Below are positions 56,517-63,439 of a DNA stretch of 63,439 bases, piece by piece. The position numbers and the translations under genes are program-made. The notes beneath the pieces were generated by a model. It did not search any database and was not told the DNA's origin. It saw only the letters and a program-made list of their open reading frames with translations. Within the stretch, counting starts at the first letter, position 1. Every line of letters starts with the position of its first letter. The stretch lies in sequence record DRR378314_1256. One strand, given 5' to 3'.

Positions 56517-58139
56517 TCAGAGAATGTAGTCGGTGGTCAGGAACCCTGAGCGCCGGCTTTTGACGATGTCGTCGATCAACGCCTTGTTGCGGTCAGTCGC
56601 CTTGGTGGCAACGGTGGTGCGTATCGAAAACACCCTCAGGGCATCCGAAACCGAAAGCGTGCCCTCTGCGGAGTCCTTGCGCCCGTTAAACGGGAGCGTG
56701 TCGGGCCCGCGCTGGCACTGGGCATTGAGGTTGATCCGGCCCACCTGGTTCGCCAGGACATCCACCAGTTGAGCCACCTGCTCCGGGTCGGCCCCGAAGA
56801 TGCTCAACTGCTGTCCGAAGTCGGAGCCACGAACGTGATCAATCACCTCGTCGATCTTCGAATAGCGCACCACCGGTACGACCGGACCGAATTGCTCTTC
56901 GCGGAAAACCCGCATGGCGGCGTTTACCGGATACAGAATGGCGGGGTGAAAATAGGTTCCGCACACCTCGCCTCCGTTCCGATTGCAGATTCTCGCGCCG
57001 CCTGCCACAGCATCGTCAACCAGAGCCCCCAGGTATTCCGTCTTGCCCGGTTCCGGTAGTGGTGTCAGCGTGACGTCCGGATCCCACGGCATGCCAGCGA
57101 TCAGACCGTCCACCGCCTCCGCCAGCTTCTCGACAAAGGCATCCGCCACCGAGTCGTGAACAAACAGCAGCTTCAGGGCGGTGCAACGCTGGCCGTTGAA
57201 CGACAGCGCACCGGTCACGCATTCACGGACGGCCTCGTCCATGTCCGCGTCCGCCATGACAACGCCCGGGTTGTTGGCGTCCAGGCCGAGTACGGCTCTC
57301 AGGCGATGGGGTTTGGGATGCATCTGCTTCAGCGCCGAAGCACCCCGATGGGTGCCGATAAACGCAAACATGTCGATCTTGCCGCTTTCCATGAGTGGCC
57401 CGACGGTATCCCGGCCACGCCCGAAGATAATGTTGATCACCCCGGGAGGAAAGCATTCCTGGAACGCCTGCATCAGTGGCCCCATCAACAGAACGCCGTA
57501 CTTCGCGGGTTTGAAGACCACTGTATTGCCCATGATCAACGCGGGGATCAACGTGGTAAACGTCTCATTCAGCGGATAGTTGAACGGGCCCATACACAAC
57601 GCCACGCCCACGGGTAGCCGACGTATCTGCGCCACCACACCGCCGACCAGCTCGAACTTGTTGGAACGCCGGTCCAGATCTTTCAACTGCACAATGGTAT
57701 GAGCAATGTAGTCACAAGTACGGTCAAACTCCTTGCAGGAATCGTTGTAGCTCTTGCCGATCTCCCACATCAGCAGTTCCACCACTTCCTGGCGCTGCTT
57801 ACGCATGGCAACGAGGAATGACTCCACGTGCCCGATCCGTTCTTCCACCGATAGCCGCGGCCATTCGCCACTGCCCTGCCCGTAAGCCGCCACGGCTGCA
57901 TCCAGCGCCTCCAGGGCGTGATGTTTACCCATCCGCGGCGTCTGGCCGATCACCAATGTTTTGGGTGTATCGTCATCGGCTCGCAGGCAAACCGGGCTGA
58001 CCACGTCTGCATAGTCGCCTTCCCAGTGTTTCAGTTGGCCGGCCACCAGGTGATGGTCAAGCCTGAGCCCGTTGCCCGGCCGGAATTTCTCCGGTACATC
58101 CCCGATGTCCGGGAAAAATTCACGTATCCGCGTTGCCAT
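56517..58139 (-). CDS. gapN: Non-phosphorylating NADP-dependent glyceraldehyde-3-phosphate dehydrogenase
   Basis: ALDH fold: GPFNYPLNE, FKPAK, LGLDANN, SFNGQRCTALK, EEQFGP; co-oriented with tpiA and eno. Confidence 0.85.
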   Translation of the reverse strand: MATRIREFFPDIGDVPEKFRPGNGLRLDHHLVAGQLKHWEGDYADVVSPVCLRADDDTPKTLVIGQTPRMGKHHALEALDAAVAAYGQGSGEWPRLSVEERIGHVESFLVAMRKQRQEVVELLMWEIGKSYNDSCKEFDRTCDYIAHTIVQLKDLDRRSNKFELVGGVVAQIRRLPVGVALCMGPFNYPLNETFTTLIPALIMGNTVVFKPAKYGVLLMGPLMQAFQECFPPGVINIIFGRGRDTVGPLMESGKIDMFAFIGTHRGASALKQMHPKPHRLRAVLGLDANNPGVVMADADMDEAVRECVTGALSFNGQRCTALKLLFVHDSVADAFVEKLAEAVDGLIAGMPWDPDVTLTPLPEPGKTEYLGALVDDAVAGGARICNRNGGEVCGTYFHPAILYPVNAAMRVFREEQFGPVVPVVRYSKIDEVIDHVRGSDFGQQLSIFGADPEQVAQLVDVLANQVGRINLNAQCQRGPDTLPFNGRKDSAEGTLSVSDALRVFSIRTTVATKATDRNKALIDDIVKSRRSGFLTTDYIL

Positions 58140-58160
58140 GTCCAAAGATACTTCCTCCGA

Positions 58161-58958
58161 TTAATCCAGTGTGTCGCACTCGCTATCCTGCTCGGCGACG
58201 GTGTCTGCCAGCGCAGAGGCAATGTTCGTAAATTCATCCGCCTGCAAAGACGCTCCGCCGATCAGGCCGCCATCCACCTCCGGTGACGAGAATAGATCCC
58301 CCGCATTGGCGGCCTTCACGCTCCCGCCATAAACGATGCGTATGGATTGCCCCGCGCCCGTGTCGCAATTCTCCAGAAACTGACGGATCGCCCGGTGGGT
58401 GTCGGATACCTGCTCCGGCGTGGCGGTTCTGCCGGTACCAATGGCCCAGACCGGCTCATAGGCTATGATGCTGCCGTACAGACCCGCCATGCCGCTCTGG
58501 TCGGTCACCGCCTGCAACTGTCGCTCGACCACCGACATGGTCCGGCCCTGTTCACGCTCTTCCAGGGTTTCGCCAACGCACAGCACCGGGGTCATATCCG
58601 CAGACAGTACCTGCCGAAACCGGGTGGCCACATCGCCATCGGACTCGTGATAGAGGGCCCTGCGTTCGGAATGCCCCACCAATACATACCGGCACCCCAT
58701 TTCCTGCAGCATGGTGGCACTCACTTCGCCAGTATGCGCTCCAGACGTCGCACAACTGGCATTCTGAGCACCGAGTGCAATACCGGTGTAGCCAAGCAAG
58801 TCCCTCACCTGAAACAGATAGGAAAAAGGCGGACAAATGGCCATGTCGATGGTTTTTCGAAAGGGCCGGAGCTTTGCCAGCAACCGCACTAGCAGCGCCT
58901 GGTTGGAATGCAGGCTGCCGTTCATTTTCCAGTTCGCAATCAGAATCGGCTTTCTCAT
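58161..58958 (-). CDS. tpiA: Triosephosphate isomerase
   Basis: NWKMN, GHSERR, AYEPVWAIGTG, YGGSV, GGASL. Confidence 0.96.
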   Translation of the reverse strand: MRKPILIANWKMNGSLHSNQALLVRLLAKLRPFRKTIDMAICPPFSYLFQVRDLLGYTGIALGAQNASCATSGAHTGEVSATMLQEMGCRYVLVGHSERRALYHESDGDVATRFRQVLSADMTPVLCVGETLEEREQGRTMSVVERQLQAVTDQSGMAGLYGSIIAYEPVWAIGTGRTATPEQVSDTHRAIRQFLENCDTGAGQSIRIVYGGSVKAANAGDLFSSPEVDGGLIGGASLQADEFTNIASALADTVAEQDSECDTLD

Positions 58959-58991
58959 GGTTTGTCTCCTGTGATTCCTCGCGTCGACATA

Positions 58992-60425
<1,434 letters not shown>

Positions 60426-60462
60426 TTATATCGAAAACTCGGATAGGAACTTCTGCCGGTTT

Positions 60463-62472
60463 TTACGACACCCGGAACCGTCCAATCAGCGTTTCAATAT
60501 CACTCATCGACGCCTTGAGCTGATCGCTGGTGGCTACCAATTGCTCAATCTCTGCCAGGTTTTCCGATGAGGATTCACTGATCTCGGTGACATTACGCGA
60601 CACAGAACGGCTCACATCTTCCTGCTCGTCCATACCGGTGCGAACGTGTTCCGCACTATTGCGAATCTGATCAACCGCTTCCCGAATGGTTTCAACGCCT
60701 TTTGAGGCATCGGTAATCAGGGACTTGACCGACTCCAGGCGCTGGAAGCTGTCAGCCATGGAACTCACGGCCTCCGTCGCGTCCCCCTGGAGACGGTTGA
60801 CCAGACCACGAATGGTTTCCGTACTGCTGGTGGTCTTCTGGGCAAGCTGCCTGACCTCGTCGGCCACCACCGCGAACCCGCGGCCGAACTCGCCGGCCCT
60901 GGCGGATTCGATGGCGGCATTGAGCGCCAGCAGGTTGGTCTGGTTGGCGATTTCATCGATGGATTCGGTGATGCGCCCGATATCGTGGGATGCACTCTCC
61001 AGCTTCTTCAGTTTCCCGGAGGTTTGCTGAACCTGCTCCTCAAGTTCGTTCACGCACTCCATATTTGCGTTAGCCGTCGCCTTACTTTCATCCACCCGGC
61101 TGTTCACCGACTCCACCAGTTGATGAGTATCTCTCACAGCTTCCGCCACATGATGGCAGGACGCCTCCATTTGCGTCATGGCAGTGGCGATTGAATTCAG
61201 ATCATCGGACTGGCCCCGAATACGCTGGCTGAGATCGTGGGAAAAATCCGCATTGGACGCGGCCACCCCGGTAATTTCACCGCCGGCTTTCTGCAGGCTG
61301 CTCAACACCTCGCGCATGGCCGCTGCGAGTTTGTTGGCAGACTCTTTCAGTTCAATAAACTCACCATTGGCGCGGAACGTCAGTTCGCGACTGTAGTCAC
61401 CGCCCGCCATTGCCGAGAGGTGATTGACGGTGGCACGCAAGGGGATACTGATCAGCCGACCCAACCACACAGATATCACAACGGCGATAAACAGGATCAG
61501 CGGGACCAGGTAATACACCAACTGTTCCGAGAAGCGTGCCGTGGCATCAAGACTGTCGACGGTCTGTACAGCAGCCTCCCCGGCTGCCGTGACCATCTGG
61601 TCGATATGGCTGTTGAGATAATCGAGCCCGGCCTCGATGTCGGCGACCGTGCTGTTCACCGCCAGCAGGTTGCTGCGGTAATCGTAATACTGGCTGACAA
61701 TGCCGGTTTCACTGTTGACCGACTCAAAAAATTCGTTGGCGATTGGAGCAAGTGACTCCAGCGAGGCGATTTCTCCAATGATGGCCTCAATATCCTGCTC
61801 AACCGTCACGGTGTTGAATCGCAGGTTTTCCACCACGGCTTTCAGCCGTTCCGCATCCTCGGTACTGACCAACTGCATGATTAACAATTCGATATTGGAC
61901 AGGTTCCCCATGACCGTCATGAGCAGGTCCTTCAGGTAAATATCGGACCCGGCCGGTGCCGATGCTTCGCGAAGCAACAACTGTTTCATTTCCGAGGCTT
62001 TAGCCAGAAAGTCGGACAAATCACGGTTCACCGATTCAGAGACCCTGATGACGTCCGCCTGGTGTTCCCGGAGCCTGGTGGCTCGTTGTTGAAGCGCATC
62101 AAGCGCGTCCCTGTACTGCTGGGCAGGCTCTTCGAACCCGTTCAGCAATTGGATGTCGCCGGCCTCGGCGGCAAGCGATGCGACTTGTTCATCCAGCGCC
62201 GTTATCTGGTTTGTCAGCCTTCCGTAGCGGGCTTCCAGTTCCCGACTATCCCCTAACCTGGCGAGCGATATAACCGCCATGCCACTGCCACTGGTCGATG
62301 CCTCGACCGCCTGCACGGAGCGCTGGAACGGGAAGATTCTCTCCTTTACCTCCGACGTGCCCTCGGAAATGGACGTCATCATAGTGCCGTTGAACAGCCC
62401 CCAGCCCGCAAAGATCACACACAGCAAACCGAAGCCCAGGTATAGACGATGGATAACTGAAATTTTTCTCAT
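60463..62472 (-). CDS. Methyl-accepting chemotaxis protein
   Basis: Two TMs, helical periplasmic domain, [38 protein letters not shown]. Confidence 0.95.
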   Translation of the reverse strand: MRKISVIHRLYLGFGLLCVIFAGWGLFNGTMMTSISEGTSEVKERIFPFQRSVQAVEASTSGSGMAVISLARLGDSRELEARYGRLTNQITALDEQVASLAAEAGDIQLLNGFEEPAQQYRDALDALQQRATRLREHQADVIRVSESVNRDLSDFLAKASEMKQLLLREASAPAGSDIYLKDLLMTVMGNLSNIELLIMQLVSTEDAERLKAVVENLRFNTVTVEQDIEAIIGEIASLESLAPIANEFFESVNSETGIVSQYYDYRSNLLAVNSTVADIEAGLDYLNSHIDQMVTAAGEAAVQTVDSLDATARFSEQLVYYLVPLILFIAVVISVWLGRLISIPLRATVNHLSAMAGGDYSRELTFRANGEFIELKESANKLAAAMREVLSSLQKAGGEITGVAASNADFSHDLSQRIRGQSDDLNSIATAMTQMEASCHHVAEAVRDTHQLVESVNSRVDESKATANANMECVNELEEQVQQTSGKLKKLESASHDIGRITESIDEIANQTNLLALNAAIESARAGEFGRGFAVVADEVRQLAQKTTSSTETIRGLVNRLQGDATEAVSSMADSFQRLESVKSLITDASKGVETIREAVDQIRNSAEHVRTGMDEQEDVSRSVSRNVTEISESSSENLAEIEQLVATSDQLKASMSDIETLIGRFRVS

Positions 62473-62546
62473 GCCCTATCAACCCCTACTGCCAGCCCTG
62501 GACAGGCCCGGAATCTGAAAAGGAAAAATCAGGTACGAAAAGGTGG

Positions 62547-62628
62547 AAAAAGGGCCGGCAGGGTCAACCCGCTAAACACGGGGGAACGCCTGAAATGCTA
62601 GTAAGGGGGGGTATGAAAGCAACCGGCC
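62547..62628 (-). terminator. Possible terminator/structured 3' region after the ABC binding protein gene
   Basis: GGCCGG...CCGGCC closing stem followed by CTTTTT on the minus strand; long internal region. Confidence 0.4.
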
Positions 62629-62742
62629 AAGACCCACCGACCTGACGGTGTAAGATCTGCCGCTGCCCCAGGAGACTCGGGACAACGGCAGGACACTACA
62701 GGTAAGTGATTTTCTGAGAGATCACTGGAACTGACTCAGAAA

Positions 62743-63439
62743 TCAGCTTTCGCGAGCCTGTTCCCAGGTTTTCAGAAGCTCTTCGTAGCGGACGGTTTTG
62801 CCTTGCGGCTTTTCGTTGTCCAGCTTCGGCTTGGGCGCACCCGGCTGATCCAGCCAGTACTGGGGATCACGCGGCTCGTTCAGCTTAGGACCACAGGTTT
62901 CCTGGACACTGGCGCGTTCAAGACGCTCCATGACACGGTCCTGGGCTTCAGCCAAACCATCCAGGGCTTTCTGTGGCGTTGCTTCGCCACTTGCAGCCTG
63001 GGCGATGTATTGCCACCACAGCTGAGCCAGCTTCGGATAATCCGGTACGTTGGTACCCGTGGGCGACCACTGAACGCGGGCCGGGCTGCGATAGAACTCC
63101 ACAAGACCACCGAGCTTGGGCGCCATTTCAGTCATGGCATCCGAGTTGATGTCAGACTCGCGGATCGGCGTCAGGCCAGCGATGGTTTTTTCCAGGGATA
63201 CGGTCTTGGACACCGTAAACTGGGCGTACAACCAGGCCGCCAGGCGACGTTTCTCCGGAGTGGACTTCATGAAGGTCCAGGAACCCACGTCCTGATAGCC
63301 CAGCTTCATGCCCTCTTCCCAGTAGGGTCCACGGGGAGAGGGTGCCATACGCCACTTCGGGGTGCCGTCTTCGTTAACCACCGGCAGGCCGTCTTCGATC
63401 ATGCTGGCAGTAAAGGCGGTGTACCAGAAGATCTGCTGG
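62743..63439 (-). CDS. Sugar/polyol ABC substrate-binding protein, glycerol (GlpV-like) type; C-terminal part, truncated by window edge
   Basis: PSPRGPYWEEGMKLGYQDVGSWT and PTGTNVPDYPKLAQLWW segments. Confidence 0.75.
   Translation of the reverse strand, partial: QQIFWYTAFTASMIEDGLPVVNEDGTPKWRMAPSPRGPYWEEGMKLGYQDVGSWTFMKSTPEKRRLAAWLYAQFTVSKTVSLEKTIAGLTPIRESDINSDAMTEMAPKLGGLVEFYRSPARVQWSPTGTNVPDYPKLAQLWWQYIAQAASGEATPQKALDGLAEAQDRVMERLERASVQETCGPKLNEPRDPQYWLDQPGAPKPKLDNEKPQGKTVRYEELLKTWEQARES

Overview
GC-rich gammaproteobacterial chromosome segment; gene content and sequence style suggest Marinobacter (inference, not verified). From left to right: (1) cbb3-type oxidase operon ccoN(partial)OQP with the assembly genes ccoGHIS and a DsbD_2-type membrane protein, then ttcA, TetR, a DnaJ-related protein and a polysaccharide deacetylase. 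(2) A Fil/Fap-like secretion cassette (C39 peptidase, FapF/FilC-like barrel, FadL-like barrel, MalM-like lipoprotein) with no visible filament subunit. (3) malT, TraR/DksA, a Na+:solute symporter and two small AT-richer genes flanked by attC-like remnants. (4) A ~22 kb, 19-gene locus (21.9-43.8 kb), the most interesting feature. It joins a near-complete homologue of the myxobacterial Agl-Glt motor core (ExbB/2xExbD/TonB-like, GltC/D/E/F-like) to three outer-membrane barrels, a DUF3570/DUF4266/TlpA/ApbE redox-flavinylation module, three exported c-type cytochromes (five CxxCH in total, one protein hydrazine-synthase-alpha-like) and a Tat-exported DUF1501-like protein. (5) A maltose/maltodextrin regulon (alpha-glucosidase, malK, malGFE, amylase) with clear MalT-box arrays, interrupted by an AT-rich toxin-tail/immunity-like remnant. 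(6) An eno-tpiA-gapN lower-glycolysis operon with a GlpR-like operator, beside an MCP and a glycerol-type ABC binding protein. No rRNA, tRNA, CRISPR array or transposase was recognised. All family assignments come from motif recognition by eye; no database searches were run.
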